The notes: generated from the letters alone by a model not told the origin. Positions 26,724-40,153 are shown, numbered from the stretch's first letter. The stretch is DNA of 64,000 bases from Octopus sinensis (GCF_006345805.1 NC_043011.1:38204464-38268463), one strand, 5' to 3'. Translations and numbers: made by a program.

Positions 26724-27243
26724 TTGAGTAAGAGAACGGTACATACCATCAAAGTGACACTTGGGTAAAATATACGAAACCCAGTATACCCATCATGACT
26801 ACACGTCTGATGAGTCTGCATCAGGCACATGCATCACAACCATATATGCATGACATGGTTATCTCATATCAAGATAAACTGGGCATGACCTTGCAGGCGC
26901 AGCTCAGTTAGAATTTTCGTCAGGGGTGTAGCCCATCTCGCTCAAAATGTCCCTGATTAAGTTACGGGGTGAGGATAGTGAACAAAACAAACATCTTTCC
27001 AGAGGTGAATTATTTAAATCCCAAAAAATTCTTCTTAACACATGACTATGATGCTCCCCAACTACTTCTGCTCGTGATCATATTGTCCGCCACTTATGGA
27101 CATGCTCAAATGGTTAAGGTCAGACAAGTGACAAGCAAATTTATGGTGAAGAGCAGAATATTTGCTGTTGCCCATCTTTTATACCAAGGCAAAACATAAC
27201 ACTTCCAATCAGTTAAGATCAGAAGCAGTGAGAGCCACTACCT
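26722..27243 (-). mobile_element. Unclassified ~520-bp retroposon-like repeat with a trinucleotide tail
   Basis: The minus strand ends in ...GTGTCACTTTGATGG...CTCTTACTCAATACTACTACT (simple-repeat tail). I recall a similar sequence as a dispersed octopus repeat but cannot verify this; there is only one copy in the window. Confidence 0.45.
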
Positions 27244-27354
27244 GATTATTATTTTTCATTATCATCATTAAGTCGGCGTGCTGGCACCATCTTAAAGGGG
27301 TTGTGTGGAAGAAATCAACGCCAGATTTTATTCTTTGTAAGCCTAGTACTTATT

Positions 27355-27387
<33 letters not shown>

Positions 27388-27450
27388 TATTATTATTATT
27401 ATTATTTTATTATTATTACTACTACAATTGTTGTTATTATTATCATATTA

Positions 27451-27524
<74 letters not shown>

Positions 27525-27600
27525 GTTTTAATGTGCAGCACTTCACATTTTCACCCGCGTGTTAACGACTCCGCCAACGGTAAACATATTTATAATAAAT

Positions 27601-27992
27601 TTTCTACTATAGGCACAAAGTCTTTTTGGTGGCTGGGGGTAAAGTCGATCACATTGACTCAAGAACTCAATTGTTACTTAATTTATCGACCCCGAAAGAA
27701 TGAAAGGCGAAGTCGACCTCGGCGGAATTTGAACACAGAACGTAGCGACGGGTGAAATACTTGTTTCTTTACTACCCACTAAAGGCTAAACACAGAGAGG
27801 ACAAACACAGACAGACAAATGTATTAAGTCGATTATATCGATCCCAGTGCGTAACGAGTCCTATTTAATCGACCCCGAAATGATGAAAGGCAAAGTGGAC
27901 CTCGGCGGAATTTGAACTCAGAACGTAGCGGCAGACGATATATCGCTACGCATTTCGCCCAGCGTGCTAACGTTTCTGCCAGCTCGCCGCCT
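27601..27992 (-). mobile_element. Family B SINE, dimeric
   Basis: Two GAATTTGAACTCAGAACGTAG units (reverse complement of the B-box region); head at 27992. Confidence 0.85.
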
Positions 27993-28618
27993 CATATTTA
28001 TAATAACGGCCATCATCTGCAAAAGCATTATGATGTTGAGTATACTGTTATGCAGATGATATATAATATCGTTTGTGATTCTACTACAGCAGAACCGCAT
28101 TTCCTTTTAACACGGGAGTAATGGAGCTGGTTATATATCTCTTTCATTTATTTATCCTTCTCATGTTTCACTCACTGAGCTGCGACCAAGCATGGGCATC
28201 GTCTTGAAGAATTTTAGTCAAACGATTTGACTCCAGCAATTTTCGTTTTGAAATCTGGTACTTATTTTAACGGTCTATTTTGGAACCGATCACCGTTACT
28301 ACCCCCACCACGGGTGTAAAGTGAAGGCGGAGAACACAAGCATTAACAGACACACACATACAGACAGACGCTCACACACACGCACACACAAAACCTGTGA
28401 TTTTACTTTCCCTTTACGAAATCCAGTCGCAAGCTTTTGGTGAAGCCGGAAGCTATAGTAGAAGGTGCTACGCAGTGGGACTGAACCTAGAACCAGGTGG
28501 CTGGGAAGCAAACTTCTTACCACACACACACACATGCGCATACACACACATTGCCTGCTGCTAATAGTATTTATTTCAAGTCCTGTCTTGACAGCAGACA
28601 GTATATCTAAATACAGCA

Positions 28619-29028
28619 AGGCGCCGAGCTGGCAGAAATGTTGGTACGCCGGGCGAAATGCGTAGCCGTATTTCGTCTGCCGTTACGTTCTGTGTTCAAA
28701 TTCCGCCGAGGTCGACTTTGCCTGTCATACTTTCGGAGTCGATAAATTTAGTACCAGTTACGCACTGGCGTCGATGTAATCGACTTAATCTGTTTGTCCG
28801 TCCTTGTTTGTCCCCTCTATGTTTAGCCCCTTGTGGGTAATAAAAAAAACAGAATCGTTAACACGCCGTGCGAAATGCTTAGCAGAATTTCGAATGCCGT
28901 TACGTTCTGAGTTCAAATTACGCCGAAGTCGACTTTGCCGTTCATCCATTCGGGGTCGCATACTGGGGTCGATCTAACTGACTGGCCCCCTCCCACAAAA
29001 TTTCGAGCCTTGTACCTAAGGTAGAAAA
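28619..29028 (+). mobile_element. Family B SINE(s), long unit followed by a second unit
   Basis: GCCGAGCTGGCAGAAATG head, core, TTTAGCCCCTTGTGGG segment, and a second GTTCAAATTACGCCGAAGTCGAC unit. Confidence 0.8.
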
Positions 29029-29713
29029 GTATATTTACACACAGCGAAATAACAAAAACAACCAGATCGCGTAGTATTCAACAATATGAAACCCCAAAAT
29101 TGAAATACTTTATTCTTTATTAATGTACCGCTGCCTAAACTGGTTAATATACAAAAAAAATTGAGGAAAACAAAACTGAGTGGCAATTATGATTGATCGG
29201 CAAATCTTTTTCGTTCGTTGATGAATATTCAGTTCTTAAATTAATTGAATTATCTGCTCCTGAATAACCGTGTAAGTGGCTGGATGCGCCACAGTTTTAT
29301 CACACACTGCTAATACTGCCTGAGAGTTACTTCGAGTATAATATCGACGCTCAAGTCGATTAATTGGAGTTGTGCCCGTCGTGGTAGTTACTTTTTAGAA
29401 CCATACTTCCATACCTGGACGCCCCATCGGGACGCAAGCACACACACACACACACACAGCATGCACATATATTGAATCATACTTATGGAAAAAGATGATC
29501 ACCAAGAACTGTTCTTCTTCTTCTTCTTCTTCTTGAAGCGGTTTGCCAAAAGAAGCTGACAGAATAAATACTAGGCTTATAAGGAATAAACCCTAGGGTC
29601 TATGTTTTCTACAAAAAAACCCTTAATCGTGTTGCTCCAGCATGGCCGCAATCAAACGACTGAAACAAGTAAAAAAAAATGATTGAATGCGTGAGATCAC
29701 TTGTGATTTAAAT

Positions 29714-29912
29714 CAGTAGTGCCCAACCACATCTCCCAGGGCCTCGTGCGGTCCTCAAACATCCTTCCAGCGGCTCTCGACGGTCTTCCATCTATCAATA
29801 TAATAGATCATTTTTTAATTGGTTTGAGTTTTAATTTCTTTGCTGCGGGTCCCCTAAAACAAATCTACGTTTTGGGATATGGTCCAAATATTAAAAATGT
29901 TGTGAACCACTG
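29714..29912. mobile_element. hAT (Charlie-like) MITE, 199 bp
   Basis: TIRs CAGTAGTGCCCAACC and TGTTGTGAACCACTG; 8-bp flanks ATTTAAAT and ATCTTAAT (6/8 identical). Confidence 0.65.
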
Positions 29913-29953
29913 ATCTTAATAGTTCCAAACATTTTATCCCGTGTTCTTGTTTT

Positions 29954-30102
29954 GGTGTGGTAAGAAACTTCTTTCCCAATCACATGGTTCCGGGTTGCGT
30001 CCCACTGCGTGACACCCTGGGAAAGTGTTTTCTACTATAGCCACGAGCCGACCAAAGACTTGTGAGTGGATTTGGCACACTGAAACTGAAAGAAGCCCGT
30101 CG

Positions 30103-30168
<66 letters not shown>

Positions 30169-30378
30169 TGTGTGTATCATTGTTTGTCCACCCGTCATCG
30201 TCTGACAACCGATGCTGGTATGTTCATTTCCTCGTAGGTTAGCGGTTCTACAAAAGAACCCGTTAGAGTACGCACTAAGCTCACAAAGAATACGTCTTGG
30301 GTTTCGATTTGTTCGACTAAAACTCTTTAAGGTGGTGTTCCAGCATGGCCGCAGACAAATGACTGAAACAGGTAAAAA
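29954..30378 (+). mobile_element. CORE-type SINE, near full length
   Basis: CCCTGGGAAAGTGTTTTCTACTATAGCC core, internal (TG)n and standard tail. Confidence 0.85.
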
Positions 30379-30876
30379 CCAAAAGGCGATTTTTCTTGAA
30401 CTACATCATAACACGTAGCCGTTTCCTGAAGGCAATAAGAAGTGAGGCAATGATTTAGAGACGATTTGATTAATTTCTTTAACCGATCAAGGGATCAAAA
30501 TAAATCTCATTGTTTCAAAGATTTCTTAGTATTTGCACTGCAGCAGTGAATACGCCAGTCAACCACATAAGCATTAGAGGCGTGAGGCATACATGAAACG
30601 TTATATGTTGGTCTTTTGCTCGACCCTGTTAGAATTGAAAATGTTGTTGTTGTTATTGATGACGTGTTAAACCTCATCCCCGTCACGCTTCTTCTGACTA
30701 GTTTCTAGTCATGACCATCACGACAAAAGTTTCATATCAAATGCTATATTGTCAATTGTTCCCATTTTTGTTTTCTTAATTAGAAACTGGAGAACCTATG
30801 ACATGATATATCAAACCACGCCATTTGGGAGAAGCACCCTTGTTTTTTCTCGCCAGAAAATCGAGCACAATTGAAT

Positions 30877-31085
30877 ACCTATTTCTTTACTACCTTCAAG
30901 GGGGCTAAACACAGAGAGGACAAACAAGGACAGACAAACGGATTAAGTCGATTGCATCGACCCCAGTGCGTAACTGTTATTTACTTAATCTACCCCGAAA
31001 GGATGAAAGGCAAAGTTGACCTCGGCGGAATTTAAACTCAGAACGTAACGGCAGACGAAATACGTCTACGCATTTCGCCCGGCTT
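30877..31085 (-). mobile_element. Family B SINE fragment
   Basis: GAAAGGATGAAAGGCAAAGTTGACCTCGGCGGAATTTAAACTCAG is the reverse complement of the core. Confidence 0.8.
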
Positions 31086-31593
31086 GCTTTGTACAATTGA
31101 ATACTATTGTATAACCAACAGAACCTCAGTCAACTTACTTGCAGCAACAGTAGGTTACTTTTGTTGGTATTGAGGCCGAGGTGGTGCCAGAGTTTTACAA
31201 TAAATAACACAAATCAAAAGCCAGTGGTAACGAAGCGATCAGGAGTTCTAAACGAGTCAAGTACGGGTATCATTGTGTAAATGCTAAATATAAAATGTAT
31301 AAAACTTGTTGCGAATATTGGAGAGGCGATGTTTTAGTGGAACATGAAAGTAGCTGGAGAAATAAAATTATTTATGAAGATAGTTTAACAAGACGGTGCT
31401 CCAGCATGGCTGCAGCCTAATGACAGAGACAAATAAAAGGTAAAAGATAGTGAAAATGTTTCGGCCTCTCTGGTAGAAAACCAGAGTATAAGACGGACGA
31501 CAACCTAAAGTAATTCTTTGAATTTATACAATCTAGAATAGCATCAAAATATCATAGCCATAACCTTCGCATCTTGAGTACCTGACAATACAT

Positions 31594-31976
31594 GGAAGCA
31601 CTCCGTCGGTTACGACGACGAGGGTTCCGGTTTATCCGATCAACGGAACAGCCTGCTCGCGAAATTAACGTGTAAGTGGCTGAGCACTCCACAGACACGT
31701 GTACCCTTAACGTAGTTCCCGGGGATATTCAGCGTGACACAGAGAGTGACAAGGCCGGCCCTTTGAAATACAGGTACAACAGAAACAGGAAGTAAGAGTG
31801 AGAGAAAGTTGTGGCGAAAGAGTACAGCAGGGATCACCACCATCCCTGCCGGAGCATCGTGGAGCTTTAGGTGTTTTCGCTCAATAAACACTCACAACGC
31901 CTTGTCTGGGAATCTAAACCGCGATCCTACGACCGCGAGTTCGCTGCCCTAACCACTGGGCCATTGCGCCTCCACT
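31594..31976 (-). mobile_element. tRNA-Arg-like SINE (OR1-like), tail type A, full length with 12-bp TSD
   Basis: TSD CTGACAATACAT at 31582-31593 and 31977-31988; nearly identical to 17313-17696. Confidence 0.9.
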
Positions 31977-32106
31977 CTGACAATACATTACATTAAAGAA
32001 TCCTATAATCTGTATTAATATTTAAATATTTTTAATTTTATTTTCATAAGGGGTTAAGTTGTGGCTTAGGAAGAATCTTATTGCTCTGTTTTTTTCTTGC
32101 AAACTA

Positions 32107-32530
32107 GGATCTTTTCGGTTTGAACGGCAGTTTTTTCTAGCGGCGTCATATGAAATTGCCACCCATAATTATGACTCTAGTATCGGTCTATAGCATTTCA
32201 ATATGTTTTAGGGTTAGGGTTAGTTAGGGTTAGGGTTAGGGTTAGCGGTGGGGGAAGGGTATTTTTTTTTCTTCACAAATGTAAATAAACCCAATCTGTT
32301 TCTTAAACGCGGGAAAGAATGTTTTTTAACTCAATGGACGTTATCGATTGGTTGAAACTGCAGAAATTTAAGAAAAAAAAACAGCAAATATCTTACAAAC
32401 TATAAAATTTTCTCAATAAAGCCAAGAGAAAAAGATGTCTTATAAACATATTCTACCAGTATACGAAGTTTAAAATTTTTTAGTTACCTAGAAATTATGT
32501 TAAAAACTGCCGTTCAAACTGCAAAGATCC
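32107..32530. mobile_element. Non-autonomous TIR element (424 bp) with an internal TTAGGG tract; GG termini and ~8-bp TSD (Merlin- or Mutator-like, unassigned)
   Basis: 28-bp TIRs GGATCTTTTCGGTTTGAACGGCAGTTTT and AAAACTGCCGTTCAAACTGCAAAGATCC; flanks GCAAACTA and GCAAACTG; TTAGGG repeats at ~32208-32244. Confidence 0.75.
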
Positions 32531-32747
32531 GCAAACTGATTACGAAGTTGAGTAAAATGTCAAAAAATATAACAGTGATGAATACATAAGAAACTATGGA
32601 CTGTGGAACGGATGCTATTTGTTGGCGGTTATTTTGAGAGTGATAGAGAAATGTTTTCATAAACTTTGATTAAACGTCAAATATTCCATAGTTAATAGAA
32701 CTAAATTGTGATAATTACAAACAAATGTAAAGAACTGGCTGCATTAT

Positions 32748-33146
32748 TCTTTTATTCTTTTACTCCTTTACGTGTTTCAGTCCTTTGACTGTGGTCATGC
32801 TGAGGCACCGCCTTTAGTCGAGAAAATCGACCCCAGGACTTATTCTTTGGAAACCTAGTACTTATTCTATTGATATCTTTTGCCGAACCGCGAAGTTACG
32901 GGGCCATAAACACACCACCATCGGTTGTCAAGCGATGTTGGGGGGACAAACACAGACACACAAACATACATATATATACATAAACATATATACGACGGGC
33001 TTTTTTCAGTTTCCGTCTACCAAATCCACTCACAAGGCTTTGGTCGGACCGAGGTTATACTAGAAGACAGTTGCCCAAGTTGCTACGCAGTGGGACTGAA
33101 CTCGGAACCATGCGGTTCGTAAGCAAGCTACTTACCACACAGCCAC
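32748..33146 (-). mobile_element. CORE-type SINE, near full length
   Basis: Reverse complement of the 14376 copy. Confidence 0.85.
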
Positions 33147-34427
33147 AAGCACTTGCTCAAAAATTATTTTTGCTTATATAATGATCTCCGCTTTCCGTTT
33201 TCAAAAATAAATTACTCAAGCAGAATAAGTTACAGGTGAATAAAGACAAATGTTAATAAAGATAAATGTGAAGATTACGCAAGGGATTATGGAAGAGCTA
33301 CTAACTTTTGGGTGATGTTTTGAGTGTAGCAGAGAAATGCCTTAATACACCTAGACTAAGCGGTAAATATGTCACGGTTTATAAGACCAAATCATGGCAA
33401 AATACAAATTGATTGAAAAGAACTGCATTATGATGACGCTAGACTATAAAATAACTTTAAAATAGCTTGTTCTCGTGGGCAAAGGTATCTCTAACAAAAC
33501 AATTACTTTTTCCCTTTAAACTCATTGTTATATTTCAATAACACCCAGAGCCAAAAAAAAAAAACCATTACAGAAGTTTAATAAACAAAAGTAGTTAAAT
33601 TAATTTAATTTCGATATATGTTATCGATTTCATAATGGAAAAGATTCCTTTTTATATTTTGTATTATTGTATTTTTATGCAACTAGTACAACTTTTAATG
33701 GTAATACTCAACACTTATACAACTCTTAGTTTATCTTTGATCACACTTGGCACTGAAATGTTTAATTTTTCTTTACATGAAGAAACATTAAATTTTATGA
33801 AAAGACTTCTGAAGTTAATGAGCATTAGGGAGTAGATCTAAGTCCCAGTATATCTGAATTTTTGCTTTAGTTTTCAAAATTAGAAAGCTTACCTAAATGA
33901 AAATGGCCATTAATATTGATTTATTTTCTCATTATATGTTTACTAGAACATACATAAATGGTAAAGATAAAATGAGATTACGTGGTGTTAATGTTTCTCT
34001 CAAGAGAAATAGTACTGGAAGTGAAGTTAGATGATAATACATAGTGACATGAAACTACATCATAAGACTCAGCTACATGAATATTTACCTATATAGATTC
34101 TACTGCGTACGACAACATCGTTTATATCAAAATATGTTCATAATACCAACATTTGGCACTGGGCCACCTTGTTTTAACGATGAAACTGATGATGTATAAA
34201 TGCGACTGAATCAACACTGGAGTATGACTGGTTTTTAATATTTCATTAGACAGACAACATAGTCATAATCTACAGGCCAGAATGTGGAAAGATGAAGCTT
34301 CATGATAAGGATTTCATATTTTCGCACAAAGTCATCATTTTCGGGGGACGATTGCATGGACCCACTTTTCAAATGGTACTTATTTTATCGACTCCAAATG
34401 GGATGAAATGGAAAGTAGATCATGGCG

Positions 34428-34471
<44 letters not shown>

Positions 34472-34505
34472 TAATAATAATAATAAATAATAATAGTAAT
34501 AATAA

Positions 34506-34713
34506 TTTCTACTACAGGCACACGGCCTGGATTTTGGAGAAGAGGAGCCATCTGGTGAGATTGACCCCGGCACGCAACCGGTACTTAGTTTATCGATCCC
34601 GAAACGATGAAAGGTAAAGTCAAACTTGGCGGAATTTACACTCAGAATGAAAGGCAGACGAAATACCACTAAGCATTTCGTCTAGCGTGCTAACGATTCT
34701 GCCAGTTTGCGCT
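34506..34713 (-). mobile_element. Family B SINE (short form) with (ATT)n tail
   Basis: Reverse-complement head GCAAACTGGCAGAATCGTTAGCACGC and core; (AAT)n lies at 34430-34505. Confidence 0.8.
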
Positions 34714-34714
34714 T

Positions 34715-34715
<1 letters not shown>

Positions 34716-34745
<30 letters not shown>

Positions 34746-34888
34746 AAGAAGAAGAAGAAGAAGAAGAAGAAGAAGAAGAAGAAGAAAGAAGAAGAAGAAG
34801 AAGAAGAAGAAGAAGAAGAAAGAAGAAGAAGAAGAAGAAGAAGAAGAAGAAGAAGAAGAAGAAGAAGAAGAAGAAGAAGAAGAAGAAG
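34716..34888. repeat. (GAA)n microsatellite, ~173 bp
   Basis: Direct inspection; two single-base phase slips. Confidence 0.95.
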
Positions 34889-36625
34889 GCAAAGAGGTTG
34901 GCGCTTTTCGGCGAGGAACTGATTGATGATACGCAAGCTGGCGCAATCCCAATCTGATCCATCCACGACAACCTCCACCTCATGCGATACACAATAGACT
35001 GGTTGGGTAAGGAACCTGGCATGGGCAGGGGCCTGAACAATTTGAACCAGTCTAAAACTTTCGCTAAGATCGACCACCAATAATTGGTGACTGTCCTCAC
35101 GACGGCCAATTTCTGTCCCGTTTTCTGTGGTTAGATCGTTGCAATGTAAAGTGACACTTTCTCGGTAGCTCAGATGAATCTTTACATATCAGAACCTTTT
35201 AACTTCATGCGTTCGGACCGTCAAGAGTGTCAACTCTCGTCTGTTCTGTATGTACTGGCTCTTCCGCCGTTACTGCGGAAATTGGAGGCATTGAGAGGCA
35301 GCCCGCGCGAACTAGGGCACGAAGGAACACTGTCGGCATACGCAGACGACGTCATCTTCAGAGTGTCGAACAGCAGACACATACACTTGGTTGTCACTGC
35401 TCTAAAAGAGAACGAGGCGGTGACAGGAGTAAAAATTAACCAAGAAAATTGAGTAGGCCTGCAGCTCTGCACCTGGAGAGGCAGGTTCATGCTGTCCAAT
35501 AATGTCACAGACGTTAGACGGAGGGACTGGTTAAATTGCTCGGGATCTCGTTTGGTCCAAATCTCAAGGTGGAGAAGACCTGGGATGCGATGATGAGTAT
35601 AGTGACCAATCTCGTCCAGGAATGGGCCGAGAGAAAGCTGTCCTTTGTCGGGCAGGGGTGGCGAATGCATTCAATTCTCCATAATATATTTTCTGACCGT
35701 CGTGCCTTGTCCCACTTTACGTGTGACCAAAGTAGGGCGCATATTTTCTGCTTTCTTTAAACACTTGCCATATAGAGGACTAGGTATGCCGTGGCTGGTG
35801 ACGCGCAGACGTGCACTGAGGTTGCAACATCTCCAGTGCTTCCTAGACGGTGAGCAAATGTGATCGCCATTTGCTAGACACAATTTTCTACAGCTCGCCT
35901 CTTTGTCTGAGCAGCAGTCCTGGATTAAACGTTGACCGAGACAGGGTGCTCAGTGCCTGGAGTATCGTTAGGCACTGTCAGTCCTCTCTCAGTCGGGAAA
36001 TGCAGCCAGTGGAAGTTCCACTTATGCGTTCTATAGAGAGTTAGTGTCGGGTCAGTGTGTCAACGTTCTTGGGGAGACTCTGGAAGTCGATCAGAAGGAG
36101 TTAGCTGGTCTCTTCAGGAGGACTTTCGAGCCGGGGCCCATTGATAACTTCCAGAAATCCCTGACCTGGCAGTGTTACCGGGAAGTGGAGTGGGGGCATT
36201 GCCGGTTCGAGATAAGCTCTACAAGCATGGAAGTGCAATTAGCCGGGCTTTCGGAGGTAGGTGCACAGCGACGAAGTTGTTCTGCACGCTCTCGTCGAGT
36301 GGGTTCAAGTCGAACAATTAGTGTCGCCGATCCGGCTATCAGCTGAGTTCATCGTGAAGAACCCCCGCCGCGTTCCTTTGGCGGGGAAAAAAACAGGCAA
36401 TATTCTTTGTCTTGTGGCTTCAGCGAAAATGGTCGTGTAATGGACCAGAGTGAAAGGGTTGGAGTTAGACACGTCCCTTTTGGCCAAACCCTTATCAACT
36501 TTTTCAAATTTCACTTCAAAAGGACAGTGAGAGTTCTCAAGAAAGTGCTGCCTTCCAGCAATTTTGTGAAAATGTGGGTGAATGAAGTGCAAGTTGCGCG
36601 AGTGAATGGGGCAACTTTGAATGAC
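34889..36625 (+). mobile_element. Decayed Tx1/L1-type LINE ORF2 (reverse transcriptase to C-terminus), 5'-truncated
   Basis: Reads IHDNLHLMRY...QSKTFAKIDHQ...RQECQLSSVLYVLALPPLLRKL...SAYADDV...EAVTGVKINQE, and a C-terminal LINFFKFHFKRTVRV...WVNEVQVARVNG. Multiple stops and frameshifts. Confidence 0.85.
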
Positions 36626-37087
36626 CCAATTATCAATTTCAATGACAAACGTACGGAAGTGACTGCAAAAGTCTGTTATTATCATGCTCATCATTATTAT
36701 TGTCATTATTATTGTTGTTGTTGTTGGTATTAGTGCGTCGGACAATATGCATTATTTTAATGGTTGATTATATCAATTTGGCATTGTATTTGCTCTTACG
36801 TCATAAAATACTACTAAATGATGAAATTCAATTTTTGACCGACCCTGCTGAGATTTGAACAGCGACCGACATATCACGAATACATTCTGCTCATTTTACT
36901 GTCAAATCTATAAGATCACTTCCTCTCACTAAATCAGTTGTTCTAGACAAGAAAGGAGCGCTTGAAGATACACTCAGCTCGATCTGCTAGCAATAACACA
37001 ATATCTTCTTCCAAAGAAAACCCTACCGTATATATATATATATATATATAAGTATGTATGTATGTATGTATGTATGTATGTATGTAT

Positions 37088-37151
<64 letters not shown>

Positions 37152-37290
37152 TATACACATATTTATACATATTTATATATATACACATATATATATACAT
37201 ATATATACACACACACAGATATATATATACATATATATGTATGTATTTATGTATATGTATGTACTTATGCATGCATTTTTAGACAGAGGA

Positions 37291-37367
<77 letters not shown>

Positions 37368-37754
37368 AAACGCATTAGGTAATATAGTAGAGATATACCA
37401 ACATTAGAATCCTTTTAATCTGTGTTTACTTAATCAGGGCTGACTTGGGGCCAAACAACAAATAAGATTATTAATATTTGTCTATCTTTATTTGCAACAT
37501 GTTGCTAAGATGTCGAGTAGTTTGTGCAATATTATCCTCCAACATATTGTTGAAGTATGTTCTCAGGCAGTATGTCTAAATTTATTCCGATAACTCGCTG
37601 TGATTATTGGCTATTCTCTAGTGATAGCAGACTAATATGTATTTCCTAAGGATTCACCATATCTTCTCAATTGCTAGAGGAATGTTTGACTTGATAACCT
37701 CAAACACCCAACAAATTAAACATCTGGTTATCGCACTTCTGTGTAATAGACGTT

Positions 37755-37860
37755 AGATGCTAAAACTGAGATAAAGATTATGGCATTCAAAATGAAATGT
37801 TAAAAGAATGTTGCTTCGGATTTCGTATACAGAAAAACGTGGAATTAACAAGAACGATCA
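37755..37860 (+). mobile_element. Possible RTE-type LINE remnant (post-RT region)
   Basis: TLDAKTEIKIMAFKMKC*...(R)ISYTE resembles the RTE motif I.AFEM.CYR.MLRISW.E; short and frameshifted. Confidence 0.35.
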
Positions 37861-38068
37861 GCAAAAAAATATGCTAGATTTATTGCAAATGTTGAAAGCG
37901 TTCTACCAATTGTCAATGCACAAATCTTGTTGTGTAACTCGAGAACATGGCACCCAACAACTTAGCGAATAATATGCTTATCTACGAACAATCACTTCCC
38001 ACCAGGTAGAATGAAAATACGATCAGTAATTGAAAAGAACTACTGTATAATGTATGTACGTATGTATG

Positions 38069-38100
<32 letters not shown>

Positions 38101-38166
38101 TGTATGTATGTATGTATGTATGTATGTATGTATGTATGTATGTATGTATGTATATATATATATAAA

Positions 38167-38197
<31 letters not shown>

Positions 38198-38355
38198 GTG
38201 TGTGTGTGTGTCTATATGTGTGTGTGCATATATATGTGTATATGTATATGTGTATATATATATTTATATATAGGTATATTCTGGTGCCTTTAACTTAAGT
38301 ACCGTATTCATCTGAATCTAAATTTTTACTGAACCTACATATATTATATATATGT

Positions 38356-38407
38356 GGGGGCGCAATGGCCCAGTGGTTAGGGCAGCGGACTCGCGGTCGT
38401 AGGATCC
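38356..38407 (+). mobile_element. Isolated 5' head of the OR1-like SINE
   Basis: GGGGCGCAATGGCCCAGTGGTTAGGGCAGCGGACTCGCGGTCGTAGGATC, then an abrupt end. Confidence 0.75.
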
Positions 38408-40153
38408 CTAAGTAGTTCATGATTTAATACCTGAAACAAAAAAAAGACTATTTAAATATTGGCAAAATTATTTTTAATTTCTTAGGCAGTAGCACGACTT
38501 CTGGGCTAACCTATACACGGGATCCTATGTGACGATATGTTGGTTATAAACATAACCGTATATAGTCTTGAATTGGTTAAAATATTTTAAGTGTCCTGTG
38601 AGAATGAGAAAAAAACACTTCGAAAACAAAATGTTTCGGGGTAACGTTATTCTATAGTTAACTCCAGGTAACCTACAACTGAGGAAACACACGATCAAAT
38701 TCTTTACAACCATGACAGCCTTTTCATTTTATTTTTCAGGAATTATATAAAAATGAATATGAATTTTCTTTTGTTTATTTATTTTGAAATATGAAATGTG
38801 TTTTAGTACGAAAGAACAAAACAAACAATGTTTGTTTGTTTACTCTATTATTTTTTGTTCACCGAAAGTTCAGATATTATCGAGTAAAATTATTCGGAAT
38901 ATTATATATTTTATAGGTAAAATATAGAAGCATTGTGTGAAAAATATAAGAAATATTTTAGAGATATTTTGAAATCCGAAACAAAGCGTCTTTACGTTTA
39001 AAAAAATGTAATACACAATATTTCCATAAAATATAAATTTATCAAAAAGCGGTGACAAAGAAAATATATAATACGAAAACGACACACACTTTTGTAAGAT
39101 GGAAACCTGTTATGTAAGAGAAGTAAACATAGAGTCGTGTGAAGCACTAGAATTTATCGATCGTCAACATGTCTCAGATGTATCATAAAGATATGGTGAA
39201 CACGTCCATCGGGTATAAACCCCCTTTCCAGTTTCATCATCAACACCAGCAACGTCATATTTCACAAACCAACAAAGTTTCTTGTTTATGCCGGCTACTT
39301 CGCATTTTAGCACAAAATATAAATTCTGTTGTTCTCTTCTTGGTCTGCATTTAAACGTTATCATTTAAAATCTTTGTTTGATACGAGTATGGCTACTATT
39401 ATTAATAATGTATTATCCTTTATCACTTACGTGTTTCATTTATCTGAATGCAGCATTCCTGGGACACCACGTTGAAGGGTTATGTCGTACAAGTCGATAC
39501 TTGTACCGGCCGCTTTTGCCGAAATGCTAAGTTACCGGGACATAAACTGTCCAACACTGGCAGTCAAATGGTTGTGAGCGTCAAACACAAACATACACAT
39601 TTATTGGATGGCCTTCCACACAATTCTTGTCTACCAAATTAACTCACGAAGACTTACTAGCTTGAAGCTATAGTAAAAGACACTCGCCCAAAGTGCTGCG
39701 CAGTGTAATTGAAACCGACGCAAGCGTGAAGCAATGTGAACTTTTTAACACCGATTCCATCTTTGATCAGGTATACCGACACTCGAAGACACACTTACGT
39801 AAAAATTTCGTCGTTTGAAATTTGATTTGAAGGAAACTGTTTTGCTATTTTTAGCAGGTTATGTTATAAACCTTAAATAACGATCAATGTTATTTCTCCT
39901 TGAAAAAAACAACATAACCTTATTCCTTTAGCAGTGAATGGAGTTTAGGATTCCTGTGATATTTGCAAATGTGAAAGACTTAGATAAAAAAATTCGGTGC
40001 TTCTCTATTGAAGGGACGATTTAGATATCTTTATAATCTCAATGGCATTTCCTCCTTTGAATTTAATAAAAAAAAATAAATAAACGCCCTTAATTCCTTG
40101 CGGTAACGATTTCCATATGCGTATATATTATATATAATATATTATATATATAT

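Noticed and set aside
26807-26813. CTGATGA motif (also 50855-50861, and minus strand near 12516)
   Set aside because: There is no correctly placed GAAA, or no stems I-III, so these are not hammerheads.
31900-31976. tRNA-Arg(TCG)-like sequences (also at 10220, 17313, 38356, 42343)
   Set aside because: The acceptor stem does not close and the sequence continues into SINE body; these are SINE heads, not tRNA genes.
34620-35109. Poly-K/E/R/S/L/F ORFs
   Set aside because: They come from the (GAA)n microsatellite read in six frames.
38668-38739. 72-nt GT...AG stretch with good splice signals
   Set aside because: All three upstream frames hit stops shortly before the donor, and the downstream frame closes after 17 codons, so there is no coding support.
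39164-39364. 66-aa minus-strand ORF with natural-looking composition (also 57315-57542 on plus)
   Set aside because: It is short, with no recognisable domain and no convincing splice sites; a homology search would be needed.
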